Source of the DNA: Methanomicrobiales archaeon
GTDB taxonomy: Archaea > Halobacteriota > Methanomicrobia > Methanomicrobiales > Methanospirillaceae
Direction of reading: 5' to 3'
DNA: 64,000 bases
Assembly: GCA_037137755.1 (NCBI GenBank)
Contig: JBAXJR010000006.1
Span: forward strand, 1-64,000
The notes under the pieces are model-generated. The model ran no database searches, was not told where the DNA came from, and saw only the letters and a program-made list of their open reading frames with translations. The position numbers and the translations under genes were made by a program. Below, piece by piece: positions 49,203 to 59,441 of the stretch. Each line of letters starts with the position of its first letter. Positions within the stretch are counted from its first letter, which is position 1.

Positions 49203-49730
49203 GTGCTAAGCGATGAAAGATCCGCCATACTTGAGAACTTATTATCCGTCGCGGCGCGTCTTCAGTACAATATTTCCCAAAATCTCGTCCCGCCAGGTGG
49301 TGTGCAGCTGGCGTATGCCCGGAAAGGTGCAAGGGACGATTCGGGTATAGCCTGCGTGCGGGGTGGGCTATGCATGGAAAATAAAAAGTCTGACCCCCCA
49401 TCAGCCGGATTTGGTGATGGTGGCATGATTGCAACGGTCCTTCTCACCGCAATGAAATTTGACCCCGGTATCAGGAGCGCAGCGATAATTGCATGCACAC
49501 CCGCCGCGTTGAAAATGATGGAAGGGAGATTTCTGGAGATTTGTTCCTTTGATCACCGCAAGGAACCCCCCGGAATAAGCACGATGGACTGGGGTGTTGC
49601 CCAGTGTTGCCGCGATGGTGTACCGGATGCGATTTTCAGCCGGCGCACCGGGGATACCCCGGCGATTATCAGGCTTTTTGGAGAAGATCCACAGGGAATT
49701 GCAAATAATATTCTTATGCTATCAGTGTGA
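49203..49730 (+). CDS. Stand-alone ThiN (thiamine-phosphate synthase)-like domain protein
   Basis: AMKFDPGIRSA, SFDHRKEP, TMDWGV, PDAIF and IRLFGEDP motifs. Confidence 0.75.
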   Translation: MLSDERSAILENLLSVAARLQYNISQNLVPPGGVQLAYARKGARDDSGIACVRGGLCMENKKSDPPSAGFGDGGMIATVLLTAMKFDPGIRSAAIIACTPAALKMMEGRFLEICSFDHRKEPPGISTMDWGVAQCCRDGVPDAIFSRRTGDTPAIIRLFGEDPQGIANNILMLSV

Positions 49731-49762
49731 CTAATATTAGCACAAACCTGAGGAATGTCAAC

Positions 49763-49954
49763 ATGGGAATCAAGCCATCATATATTAAATCAACCGGAGC
49801 CGAGCTTATTACGAGATTCGGCGATAAAATGTCCAATAATTTTGATGAGAACAAGCAGGTCGTTACCGATATGACTTCAATATCAAGTAAACGTGTAAGA
49901 AACCGGGTGGCCGGGTACATTACACGGAAAATAAATACCGGAAGACACTCATAA
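49763..49954 (+). CDS. rps17e: 30S ribosomal protein S17e
   Basis: MGIKPSYIK...FDENK...SKRVRNRVAGYIT. Confidence 0.95.
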   Translation: MGIKPSYIKSTGAELITRFGDKMSNNFDENKQVVTDMTSISSKRVRNRVAGYITRKINTGRHS

Positions 49955-49962
49955 AACTTATT

Positions 49963-50862
49963 ATGTTTGAGGGAGTTCTTCCTGCGATTATAACCCCTTT
50001 TAAAAGAAATTCCACGATGGATCTGGACCTTGAGGGTCTGAGATCAAACATCGCATTTCTCCTGGAGCAGGGTGTACATGGTATCGTACCTTGTGGTTCG
50101 ACTGGTGAATCAGCCACGCTCAGCTTTGAAGAGCATGAGCAGGTAATCGAGGTCACGATAGATGAAGTTGATGGCAGGGTTCCGGTTCTTGCAGGTACCG
50201 GGTCAAATAACACTGCCGAAGCGATCAGGTTTACGGAAGCTGCCAAGGACCTCGGGGCAGATGGCGCACTTGTCATAAGCCCGTATTACAACAAGCCGAA
50301 CCGTTCAGGGTTGATCAAGCATTACACGAGGATTGCCGATATCGAAATCCCTATTGTAATGTATAACGTCCCTGGACGGACCGGACAGAACCTTCCCGCA
50401 GACCTTGTCATTGAACTTGCCCAACACCCCAATATCGTTGGGATCAAGGAAGCAAGCCAAGGGTACTGTGGATCATCAGATTCCGGTATTACCCAGGTTT
50501 CCCGGATTATCGAAGGGACCCTCGATGAAGACTTCATGGTAATTTCTGGTGATGACGGTCTTACTTTCCCGGTCCTCTGCCTTGGCGGGGGAGGGGTAAT
50601 ATCAGTCGCAGCTAATGTTGAGCCGGCCCTGATGGTCAAAATGTTTGACCATTTCTGTGAAGGGGAGCTCGCAGAAGCACTCGACCTTCATTACGCATTA
50701 TCCCCATTGTTCAGGGGAATGTTTATTGATACCAACCCGATCCCGGTGAAAAAGGCGGTCCAGCTCTGCGGCATGGCCGGTGGCCCGGTACGACCGCCCC
50801 TTGATGACCTTGATGTGGCACGAACCGCAAAACTCCAGGAGGTCCTCGATATTTATGCCTAG
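49963..50862 (+). CDS. dapA: 4-hydroxy-tetrahydrodipicolinate synthase
   Basis: GSTGE, PYYNKP, YNVPGRTG, IKEAS, SGDD and NPIPVK motifs. Confidence 0.95.
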   Translation: MFEGVLPAIITPFKRNSTMDLDLEGLRSNIAFLLEQGVHGIVPCGSTGESATLSFEEHEQVIEVTIDEVDGRVPVLAGTGSNNTAEAIRFTEAAKDLGADGALVISPYYNKPNRSGLIKHYTRIADIEIPIVMYNVPGRTGQNLPADLVIELAQHPNIVGIKEASQGYCGSSDSGITQVSRIIEGTLDEDFMVISGDDGLTFPVLCLGGGGVISVAANVEPALMVKMFDHFCEGELAEALDLHYALSPLFRGMFIDTNPIPVKKAVQLCGMAGGPVRPPLDDLDVARTAKLQEVLDIYA

Positions 50863-51634
50863 TGTTGTTGTATGCGGGGCGCTCGGGCGAATGGGGATGA
50901 CAATCGGGCGGATGGTGAATGAATCGGAAGACCTTGACCTCGTGGGGGGCATCGATATCAAACCCGGGTCATTTTTCGGAGCCGAGGTTGTCGAATCCTC
51001 GCAGTTATCAAGGCTTCTTGAAGAGAAGCGGCCTGATATATTAATAGATTTCACCGTTGCAGATGCTGCAGTCCAGAATGTGAAGATGGGTGTCAAAGCC
51101 GGCACTGCCCTTGTTATCGGTACTACCGGTTTTACTCTCACCCAGCGTGCTGAAATGGCCGCCGCAATAAACGGGAATGTCCCGGCGGTTATCTCAAGCA
51201 ATTATAGCATCGGGGTGAACATATTCTGGCAGCTCATCCGTGATGCGGCGCCGCTACTCGCCGATTATGACATAGAGGTAACGGAGGCGCATCACCGGTA
51301 TAAGAAGGACTCGCCGAGTGGCACAGCCCGCACAATCCTTCAGATCCTTGATGAGGAACTCGGTGAACGCAGGAAACAATATGGCCGCGAAGGAATGAAG
51401 GAGAGGGAAAAATCCGAGATCGGGGTCCATGTTATCAGGGGCGGGGATATTGTTGGTGACCATTCAGTGATGTTTTCCGGTAATTTCGAAACGATTACAC
51501 TCTCCCATCGTGCGTACGACCGCTCGGTATTTGCACAGGGAGCGCTGCGGGCGGCACGCTGGGTCGTCTCCCGGGATCCGGGTATCTACGGGATGGACGA
51601 AGTCCTCAACCTCAAAAGAAAAACAGCCAGTTAA
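50855..51634 (+). CDS. dapB: 4-hydroxy-tetrahydrodipicolinate reductase
   Basis: GALGRMG, IDFT, GTTG and EAHHRYKKDSPSGTA motifs. Confidence 0.95.
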   Translation: MPSVVVCGALGRMGMTIGRMVNESEDLDLVGGIDIKPGSFFGAEVVESSQLSRLLEEKRPDILIDFTVADAAVQNVKMGVKAGTALVIGTTGFTLTQRAEMAAAINGNVPAVISSNYSIGVNIFWQLIRDAAPLLADYDIEVTEAHHRYKKDSPSGTARTILQILDEELGERRKQYGREGMKEREKSEIGVHVIRGGDIVGDHSVMFSGNFETITLSHRAYDRSVFAQGALRAARWVVSRDPGIYGMDEVLNLKRKTAS

Positions 51635-51709
51635 TCGTATTTTTTTGGTAATACCGATACGTTATTTATATTTTTGAGGTTCATATTAATGGACAAAGTG
51701 ATACTATCC

Positions 51710-51883
51710 ATGACTGCAATTGTTGACGAAGGAAAATGCACCGCCTGTGAGACATGTGTCGATGAGTGCCCGGCCCAGGCAATTTTAATGAATAATGAAA
51801 AGGCAAAGGTTGACAAGGAACTGTGTGTTGATTGCGGCTCCTGTGTCGATGTATGTCCATCTGAGGCAATCCACCTCGAATAA
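51710..51883 (+). CDS. 2[4Fe-4S] ferredoxin
   Basis: CTACETCVDECP and CVDCGSCVDVCP. Confidence 0.93.
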   Translation: MTAIVDEGKCTACETCVDECPAQAILMNNEKAKVDKELCVDCGSCVDVCPSEAIHLE

Positions 51884-51929
51884 AAATCAAACGATTTAAT
51901 TACTCCTATGCTATAGCTATTTTCTATCT

Positions 51930-52946
51930 ATGATCAATGTAGGAGTATTAGGCGCGACGGGCGCTGTAGGCCAGCGATTTGTACAACTTCTCGCTGACCA
52001 TCCCTGGTTTCACCTCAAGACCCTCACTGCCTCAGACAGGAGTGCAGGAAAGTTATACCGGGACGTTGTAAACTGGCGGCTGGATGTGCCATTTCCGGAT
52101 AAATTCGGCGATATCCGCATAAGCCCGACTACCACCGAGAGCCTGAAGGGTGTTGACCTGGTCTTCTCCGCATTGCCTGCAGAGATCGCAGGTAGTGTAG
52201 AGACCATGTGCGCTGATGCGGGTATCGGAGTCTGCAGCAATGCAAGCTCACACCGCATGGAGAAGGATATCCCGCTTGTCGTCCCCGAGGTAAACCCTGA
52301 TCACCTTGGACTTATTGATGTCCAGCGGGACAATGGAAGGGACGGGTTCATCGTAACAAATCCAAACTGTTCGACCATTATGCTTGTCATGTCTCTTGCA
52401 CCCCTCAGGTCCTATGCATTCTCAGATGTAAGGGTAGCGACCATGCAGGCCATATCAGGTGCCGGTTTCCAGGGCGTTGCGGCTATGGCGATCTATGACA
52501 ATGTAATCCCCTACATCGGCGGGGAAGAACAGAAAATGGAGGCCGAATCCTTAAAGATTATGGGAGTTCTTGACGGTTCCATAGTGAAGGATGCTCCTTT
52601 CACTGTGAGCGCAAGCTGTCACCGCGTGCCGGTTATCGATGGTCATACCATGGCAGTATGGGTTGATATTAAGGAGAAGGTAGAGAACATCATCGAATCG
52701 TACAAGCTCTATACACCCCCTATCAGTGGTCTTCCTTCACAGCCGTTCAAATCAGTCCACCTGTTTGACGAGCCTGACCGCCCCCAGCCGAGACTTGACC
52801 GGCTTCGCGGGGATGGAATGACCGTATCGGTAGGAAGAGTCCGTGAAGGGCTTCGGTACGTCACAATGGGGCATAATACGATCCGGGGAGCTGCCGGAGC
52901 TTCTGTCCTTAATGCTGAACTCATATACACGAAAAAATACCTCTGA
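51930..52946 (+). CDS. asd: Aspartate-semialdehyde dehydrogenase
   Basis: GATGAVG, NPNCST, QAISGAG and HNTIRGAAG motifs. Confidence 0.96.
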   Translation: MINVGVLGATGAVGQRFVQLLADHPWFHLKTLTASDRSAGKLYRDVVNWRLDVPFPDKFGDIRISPTTTESLKGVDLVFSALPAEIAGSVETMCADAGIGVCSNASSHRMEKDIPLVVPEVNPDHLGLIDVQRDNGRDGFIVTNPNCSTIMLVMSLAPLRSYAFSDVRVATMQAISGAGFQGVAAMAIYDNVIPYIGGEEQKMEAESLKIMGVLDGSIVKDAPFTVSASCHRVPVIDGHTMAVWVDIKEKVENIIESYKLYTPPISGLPSQPFKSVHLFDEPDRPQPRLDRLRGDGMTVSVGRVREGLRYVTMGHNTIRGAAGASVLNAELIYTKKYL

Positions 52947-52959
52947 CGAGGCCATTGAC

Positions 52960-53253
52960 ATGATCAAAGATAATACCGTATTCGTTGGAAACAAACCCGT
53001 CATGAACTACGTTCTGGCGGTCGTCACTCAGTTCAACAACGGAGCACAGGAGGTTGCCATCAAGGCGAGGGGGAAGGCGATATCACGGGCGGTGGACACG
53101 GCTGAGATTTCACTAAACCGGTTCCTGGAAGGAGTCACTAAAAAAGAGATTATTACCTGTACGGAGGTGATCGATACCGATAGCGGAAAGACAAATGTCT
53201 CAAGTATCGAGATCATCCTCTGCTCACAGTGCAGCGAATTAAAAAATCAATAA
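52960..53253 (+). CDS. albA: DNA/RNA-binding protein Alba
   Basis: [12 protein letters not shown] and [15 protein letters not shown]. Confidence 0.95.
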   Translation: MIKDNTVFVGNKPVMNYVLAVVTQFNNGAQEVAIKARGKAISRAVDTAEISLNRFLEGVTKKEIITCTEVIDTDSGKTNVSSIEIILCSQCSELKNQ

Positions 53254-53390
53254 TAAATTTTACCATTCTGTGACATTTTTAGGATATAATCCGTATTCTG
53301 TGGTTATTATTGAAATTGGCAGGGAATTTTGGGTTTTAATGTCCAAATTCACCAGAAAGGATATAAGATTTGCACTGAAATATAGTACTG

Positions 53391-53837
53391 ATGAGAATAA
53401 GTGCCATCGCCGTACTGAGTATAGTTATTATTGGTATGGTGGTGCCGGTCGTTGCAACTAATGATGAGCGTTATAGTTACATCACGATTAATGATATGAC
53501 GATTAATCTCGACAAGGGCCAGGCTAATATCAAGGTGAATTATACAATTGACCCCGGAACCCAGCTGATTGTGTACCTCCTTGGTAAACAGGACCTGAAA
53601 ATCAAGTTATTAAAAGTTTTAAATTATGAAGATGCCACGGTAAAAAATGTCGAAATGAATAGTGCAGAGATTCAGGTCAATGATATTTCCTATGATTATG
53701 GGAAAGGGATCTACTGGTTCCCTGAACACGAATTTAACGTTGTGATCCCAAGTCTTCGGGTTGTATCCCCACAGGCCGCTCGTGAATACCGTAATACCAG
53801 CAAATTCTCTGATGGTATGGGTTTTTTTGATCGGTAA
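53391..53837 (+). CDS. Secreted or membrane-anchored hypothetical protein
   Basis: 148-aa ORF with an N-terminal signal-peptide-like segment. Confidence 0.75.
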   Translation: MRISAIAVLSIVIIGMVVPVVATNDERYSYITINDMTINLDKGQANIKVNYTIDPGTQLIVYLLGKQDLKIKLLKVLNYEDATVKNVEMNSAEIQVNDISYDYGKGIYWFPEHEFNVVIPSLRVVSPQAAREYRNTSKFSDGMGFFDR

Positions 53838-54199
53838 AAAAAATTATCTGCCTGCACCAGGTACCCGGAAATGTAACCGTTCCCAATAAGAACAGACCCG
53901 GTATTGTAAAAAACTGGAAAGGGATTTAACCCGTTGTGACAACCAGGTTTTTCAATCACTCCAACATTTGTAATACCCTACAGACTCCACGGGTTTACAA
54001 TATCCTTTCCGGGTGTAGACAGGGTGCTATATTGATCAGGCCTCGTCACGAATTTATTTTTCGTCATTTTTATTCCAGATTGGGCTTTTGGATATTTCAT
54101 TAGCCCTGTTGTCGTCACAGTAAATGTGCGGAAAAATTTCTTCCCTTAACGATCAGAATACAAAAAGAGAAATATTCCGGTATACAGGATTATCAGAAC

Positions 54200-55336
54200 C
54201 TAAATCACTTCGATAAACTCTTCCACTGGTTGCTGACCTGATATCCAGCGGTTGATGTAACGCTGAATGCCCACTCCGGCAAATATGCAGGCAAAACCTC
54301 CTATAACCCCAAAGAATATAAACTGGAGTGCCGTCTCGGACGTATAGGGGAAATCGGCGACGGTTGATACCGACATGACGTAAATGCTGGCTCCATAGGC
54401 GATCAAACCGACCGCACTGATGAAGAAAGGAAATACGATGACCTTTGCAAGTCCTTCCCGCTCGTAAAAGAAATTATCGATGATAATCCCAGCGGATGAA
54501 ACTACACCCCCAAGGGTGATCCAGAGTACCGAACCATAGATAAATGTCACCAGGTACAGGAGAATCCCAAAAGATCCGTCAGATGAATAGTGCTCAAGAA
54601 TACTCATCAGCCCTAAAACTATTCCCACGATGAGGAGCAGGATACCTACGATGTAGGTGACAAAGGAAAACCGGGCCCTTTTTAATGAAGTCTTGAGGGC
54701 GTTCACAAACCCCCTGAATGCATCATCAATACCAAATCCACGGTACAGGAGATAGACGCCAATAACCCCGACAACAATAATTGTCGCGATTTGTGGATAC
54801 CCGAGAAGGTTAGCCACAGCATACAGGAGCATCGCGAGCCCAAGTGGGACCAGAAAAATCCTTGCAATTTTCGGGTCGTTTAAGAGTTTTTTGATAATAT
54901 AATAGGTGCCTTCAAGGTTTGGGATCTGCGATACAACGACACGACGGATACTCGCCACCGGCAACTTGGACTGGATGATCGGGATGACAAATTCATCCTC
55001 CGCACCATCGGCCACCATGATGCAGCTTGTTACCCCGGTCTGTTTGACCACCATTTCCAGGTGTTCAGCAATGCGGCGGTCGCCTTCAATCATATGCATA
55101 TGGTTGCCGGAAATGAGTGCTACCTCGACGTCCTCACCCGCGGTTTTTAGCTCATCGTAGGTCTTTACTGCCTGGAAAATAGCATTCAAATCAGAATCTT
55201 CAGGATCGGCGAGCCCGAGACTTACTGCAGCATTGAGGCATTCTTCACGACCGATTACCGGGCTGACTATCCCTGCCTTGTAGCCGATATCATCGTCCCG
55301 GTCCACGGATAGGACCAGTGTTCGCCCCTGTGCCAT
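54200..55336 (-). CDS. DUF373 family membrane protein
   Basis: LVLSVDRDDDIG, DPEDSD and DGAEDE motifs, followed by several TM helices. Confidence 0.9.
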   Translation of the reverse strand: MAQGRTLVLSVDRDDDIGYKAGIVSPVIGREECLNAAVSLGLADPEDSDLNAIFQAVKTYDELKTAGEDVEVALISGNHMHMIEGDRRIAEHLEMVVKQTGVTSCIMVADGAEDEFVIPIIQSKLPVASIRRVVVSQIPNLEGTYYIIKKLLNDPKIARIFLVPLGLAMLLYAVANLLGYPQIATIIVVGVIGVYLLYRGFGIDDAFRGFVNALKTSLKRARFSFVTYIVGILLLIVGIVLGLMSILEHYSSDGSFGILLYLVTFIYGSVLWITLGGVVSSAGIIIDNFFYEREGLAKVIVFPFFISAVGLIAYGASIYVMSVSTVADFPYTSETALQFIFFGVIGGFACIFAGVGIQRYINRWISGQQPVEEFIEVI

Positions 55337-55407
55337 TTCAGTATAGAAATAGACCACGAATCTATTAAATAATTGCCCGTGCAGGGAAAAAATGGGTATA
55401 TTTACAA

Positions 55408-56268
55408 TTATAGCATTTTTGAACGCTGGAGGAGCAGGAGATCATCGGTGGTAAGTTTCTCACCGGAACGGAACATCTTGAATATATGTTCTGCCTCTTT
55501 CCTGACGGCTTTCTGCTCTTTGGTAACTTTAACTTTCTTGGTCTTCTTGCGGAGCCCGGAGATGACCTTATCATAGTCACGAAGTTCCTTCTGGCATGCA
55601 ATGAAGAATTTATGTTCAGCATCGGCGGCTTCCTGTGCCTCAACAAAGAGCCTGTGTTGTGCATCAGCCTCTTCACGCGACTTGTCAGCTTTCCGGTAGA
55701 ATTCCACCATCAGGTCGTGGTGTTTCTGGGCAAGCTCCGCCATCTCGGTGACTTTTGCATGAATGTCGGATGCCTCTTTCCGGTATTCCCGTGCAGAGGT
55801 GATCTTGGTTTTGATCTCCTTATTCTGCTCTAATTCGGCCTCCTGTTCCCGTACGGAGGATTTCATCTGCTTAATCTTGTCGATCAGCTCGCGTTCCTTA
55901 TCGGTGCTGATAACCTCGGTCTGCTGGCGGAATTCAAGGTGCTCGATCTGTTTCTGGATCTCCTTGATGCCCCGGTTTTTTACACCGCCATGCTCCTTTT
56001 TGAAGGACTCAATTTCATCAAAAAATTCGTTGGCCTTCTCATTCAGGTCATTCCGGCGGTCTTTAAATGACTGGACTTCATTGTTGAATTTATCCCGGAG
56101 GTCCTTGTTGGTCTGCGCCTCTTCAACATACTCCCGTGTCTTATTGTTTAAGGCGTTCCGCTCTTTTGCATACTTGCTTGCAGCTGCGTTCAGCTCATTT
56201 CTTCGGTTTTTATGCTGTTCAGACTCGGCGAGAATCTTTTTTCTCTTCTCAATTAATTCGTTCAACAT
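55408..56268 (-). CDS. Conserved archaeal coiled-coil protein (COG1340-like)
   Basis: Long heptad-rich helix, LEFRQQT and C-terminal GEKLTTDDLLLLQ. Confidence 0.85.
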   Translation of the reverse strand: MLNELIEKRKKILAESEQHKNRRNELNAAASKYAKERNALNNKTREYVEEAQTNKDLRDKFNNEVQSFKDRRNDLNEKANEFFDEIESFKKEHGGVKNRGIKEIQKQIEHLEFRQQTEVISTDKERELIDKIKQMKSSVREQEAELEQNKEIKTKITSAREYRKEASDIHAKVTEMAELAQKHHDLMVEFYRKADKSREEADAQHRLFVEAQEAADAEHKFFIACQKELRDYDKVISGLRKKTKKVKVTKEQKAVRKEAEHIFKMFRSGEKLTTDDLLLLQRSKML

Positions 56269-56469
56269 GCAATACTCATCCTCGATAATCGATTCCGGTA
56301 ATACCCTCGGACAGGAAAGAAAAATTGTTGTGATAGCGGTGTGGCAGGATGAGGGAGGAAAGGACAACCACGGCTAAAAATCACGTCGTTTTCCGGTAGA
56401 ACTGTTGTAGGTGAAATTAACCCTGAAGCAATCCGGAGAAACGGTAATTTTTGAGCGCAACCTGCGTTG

Positions 56470-56576
56470 CCCTTGTTCATCTGACGGTTCATGATGTTCA
56501 ACTCCCGATACCTATCTGCTGTTTGAGTCCCCGTGGCGGTTGACTCCGGGCAGACACACAGTATTCCAGATGAGGG
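56470..56576 (-). ncRNA. Candidate structured RNA or 5' leader
   Basis: Nested stems TCATCTG/CAGATGA, TCTGC/GCAGA and GAGTC/GACTC lie just downstream of a TATA-like TTTTAAATA (56598-56606, minus strand). Confidence 0.45.
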
Positions 56577-56884
56577 ATTATCTGAAAGACTTTCTATTAT
56601 TTAAAAGACATCGGAATTATTAAGGGTTTCGCCGTACATGCGAACACCGGGTTAGATTACGGGGCCCGGATTTTTTCACCATGGTAATCGCAGGGGCAGA
56701 AAACCAAAAAGGAAGATAATTCATGGAAATTAAAAAGTATTTCAGTCGTACAGATTATAGAAGATCACTCAATATCTGGTAAGAGAAAAAGAAATCAGGC
56801 AAAGCGACTACAATTTTACTAAAAAACCCGGAAAATGCAAAATTACTCAAAAGTGGAAGAGTTGTGGTGTAACAGAATTTTTGG

Positions 56885-58039
56885 TTACCCTACCCATTCC
56901 AGAAGACTTCCGCCGCTTGTCATGTCGCGGGATTTCCTGTTTTTTGGCAGTTCTACCATCTTTGGATTTGCTTTTTTCTGGTCCATCTCCTCGATCATTG
57001 ACTTGTATGTCTGGCGGTTTCCAAGGAGTGCTCCTTTTTCCACACCGGTCATGATAGCAAGGACCCGCACTTTACCTTCCATATCGTTCCGAACACGGGC
57101 ACCCCAGATAACGTCTGCATGGGGATCGAGTTCGTACGTAAGCGATGTGGCGATTTCCTCGGCGTCCTGAAGTGTAAGGTCGCTTCCTCCCGTGATATGA
57201 ATCAGGCTTCCTGTCGCCCCACGGTAATCGATATCAAGCATCGGGTTTGAGAGGCATTCCCTGACTACGCTCTCTGATTTGTTCTGCTGCTTGCTTTCAC
57301 CCACCAGCATAACTGCTACTCCGCCCTTGCTCATAATCGCGCGCACATCTGCGTAATCGATATTAATCAATGACGGCTCTGTGATGGTTTCGCTGATGCC
57401 TTTTACGGTCTCCCCGATTAACTGGTCCATTACCGAGAAGGCCTGTCCGAGTGGCAGGTTAGGTACGAAGTTCTTAAGCCTGTTGTTGTCAAGGACAATT
57501 ACTGAGTCCGATGCAGCAGATAATGCCTCAAGACCTTCTTCGGCCCGGATAAGGCGTGCTTTTTCCACCTGGAACGGGTAACTTACCATTCCTACAACAA
57601 TTGCACCCTGTTCTTTTGCGATCTGGGCAACAACCGGTGCTGAACCGGTTCCTGTACCCCCACCCATACCGGCTGTAATGAAACAGAGATCTGCGGATTC
57701 AAGGAGTGCTTCGAGAGTCGGCCGTGCCATCTCTGCCGCACGTTTGCCTACATCCGGGTAGCCGCCGGCACCAAGTCCCCTGGTGAGTGATTTACCGATA
57801 AGGACTCTTTTGTCTGCCTGGACCATGTCAAGGTGCTGTTTATCGGTATTGATCGCGATAGTTTCAGCACCGTTTACCCCCATGTGGTGTAACCGGTTGA
57901 CGGTGTTGTTTCCCGCGCCACCGCATCCGATGATCACAATACGCGGCTGCCCGACAAAATCATCGTCAATTGCACCCCCGTTTTTCATCTCCTTTTCAAT
58001 CTCTGAATTTTTCAATGCCTCGTTGATAATAGTCTGCAT
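56885..58039 (-). CDS. ftsZ: Cell division protein FtsZ (FtsZ2-type context)
   Basis: [15 protein letters not shown] tubulin signature and INIDYAD. Confidence 0.97.
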   Translation of the reverse strand: MQTIINEALKNSEIEKEMKNGGAIDDDFVGQPRIVIIGCGGAGNNTVNRLHHMGVNGAETIAINTDKQHLDMVQADKRVLIGKSLTRGLGAGGYPDVGKRAAEMARPTLEALLESADLCFITAGMGGGTGTGSAPVVAQIAKEQGAIVVGMVSYPFQVEKARLIRAEEGLEALSAASDSVIVLDNNRLKNFVPNLPLGQAFSVMDQLIGETVKGISETITEPSLINIDYADVRAIMSKGGVAVMLVGESKQQNKSESVVRECLSNPMLDIDYRGATGSLIHITGGSDLTLQDAEEIATSLTYELDPHADVIWGARVRNDMEGKVRVLAIMTGVEKGALLGNRQTYKSMIEEMDQKKANPKMVELPKNRKSRDMTSGGSLLEWVG

Positions 58040-58053
58040 CTTTACATACCCTC

Positions 58054-58233
58054 CTAAACCTTGAATGAAACCTGGTCGCTGTCTCTGATTATACGGCCTG
58101 ATCGCCGTTCGATGAGCTGACGAACCGCATCCCGCACCGCTTCTGAGACTGTGGGGAACTCTCCGGCATCTACCATCTGCTCTAGCAATTCAATTTGTTG
58201 TTCGGGTAACCGGAGTGTGATTCGTTTCATCAT
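58054..58233 (-). CDS. cdrS: Ribbon-helix-helix cell division regulator (CdrS-like)
   Basis: MKRITLRLP...[15 protein letters not shown], directly upstream of ftsZ. Confidence 0.85.
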   Translation of the reverse strand: MMKRITLRLPEQQIELLEQMVDAGEFPTVSEAVRDAVRQLIERRSGRIIRDSDQVSFKV

Positions 58234-58245
58234 AGTTTTCACCCT

Positions 58246-58309
58246 TTTCTGACAATTGGCTGACATATGTCAGACAATTGACAGACGGATAGATCCTATA
58301 CGTCTGACT
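58246..58309. promoter_or_regulatory. Array of TGTCWGACA-like sites at 11-bp spacing (candidate RHH operator)
   Basis: tttctgaca 58246, tggctgaca 58257, tgtcagaca 58268, tgacagacg 58279, cgtctgact 58301; perfect palindrome ctgacatatgtcag at 58260-58273. Confidence 0.6.
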
Positions 58310-58442
58310 AACCAGATAAACCACAATATTACGTTTATCTATTTAAACCTTTTTAGATCTCCCAGGGTCAGTTTAAAGAGGGCAGACTCGCAACGAATTT
58401 AAACCCTTATACTCAACATAAATCAATAATTGAGGCGAAATT

Positions 58443-59441
58443 GTGGGTTGGGAACTTCCGGTTAAAGTAAGGCACGGGGGGAAGATAAAACAACACCTCG
58501 AGAAGACAGGGCACCCTGCCATAGATTTCAGTGCGAGCCTGAATCCTTTCCCACCTGCCATGGAATGGGATTTTCCCCCCTCTCTTCTTGACCATTACCC
58601 TGACGATGATTATATCCGGTTAAAGGAAATAATCGGCCACCTGTTCCACCGGGACGTAGAAGAAATTGCAGTGGGTAACGGGTCAATAGAATTAATACGT
58701 TCATTTTGCCAGGTGATATTCCGAAAGAAAGGCGCGGCAAAGATAGGTACTCCAACGTTTGGGGAATATCTCCTGTCTGTGCAGCTGGCAGGCGGACACC
58801 CGGTGAAGGAAGGAGAAATTCCCTCAGCCGCATTCCTCTGCAATCCGAATAACCCGACAGGACAACTCGTAAACAAAAAAGATGTTTCCAAGCTCCTCAA
58901 ATCGTACGCAGACCGGGGTACTTACCTGTTCCTTGACGAAGCATTTATTGAACTGTCAGATCCCGCGGAGAGTCTTATTGGTACGAGGGATAATCACCTG
59001 TGTATCCTTCGTTCACTGACAAAGTGTTTTTCAGTACCTGGTCTCCGGTTTGGGTACGCATTTGCCGACCCCGACCTGGTATGCGCCCTGGAAGTAATGC
59101 GTTCTCCCTGGAGTGTGAATGCATTTGCAGAATATTTTGCAATCCAGGCTTTCAATAAATACCAAGAACTTGAAGAATCACGAAGAAAAATCAGGATCGA
59201 GTGCAATTATCTTGTAAAATCTCTCCGTGACCTCGGGTTTTCCGTAACCCCGCCCACTGCCAATTTTATCCTGGCTGACACCGGAAAAGATTCCGGGGCC
59301 CTGTGTGATTCACTGGCCTGCCATGGAATACTTGTCCGCGACTGCGCATCTTTTGGCCTCCCTCATTCAATCAGGATATCAGTCCGGACCAGATCAGAGA
59401 ATAAATCTCTCATCGAGGCTTTAAACGAATGCGTGCACTGA
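58443..59441 (+). CDS. cobD: PLP-dependent threonine-phosphate decarboxylase (CobD/HisC family)
   Basis: HGG, DFSASLNP, GNGSIE, CNPNNPTG, DEAF and RSLTK...GLRFG; adjacent to cobY. Confidence 0.8.
   Translation: MGWELPVKVRHGGKIKQHLEKTGHPAIDFSASLNPFPPAMEWDFPPSLLDHYPDDDYIRLKEIIGHLFHRDVEEIAVGNGSIELIRSFCQVIFRKKGAAKIGTPTFGEYLLSVQLAGGHPVKEGEIPSAAFLCNPNNPTGQLVNKKDVSKLLKSYADRGTYLFLDEAFIELSDPAESLIGTRDNHLCILRSLTKCFSVPGLRFGYAFADPDLVCALEVMRSPWSVNAFAEYFAIQAFNKYQELEESRRKIRIECNYLVKSLRDLGFSVTPPTANFILADTGKDSGALCDSLACHGILVRDCASFGLPHSIRISVRTRSENKSLIEALNECVH

Noticed and set aside
55408-56268. Common automated label 'phosphoserine phosphatase'
   Set aside because: No HAD motif is visible; the protein is all coiled coil.
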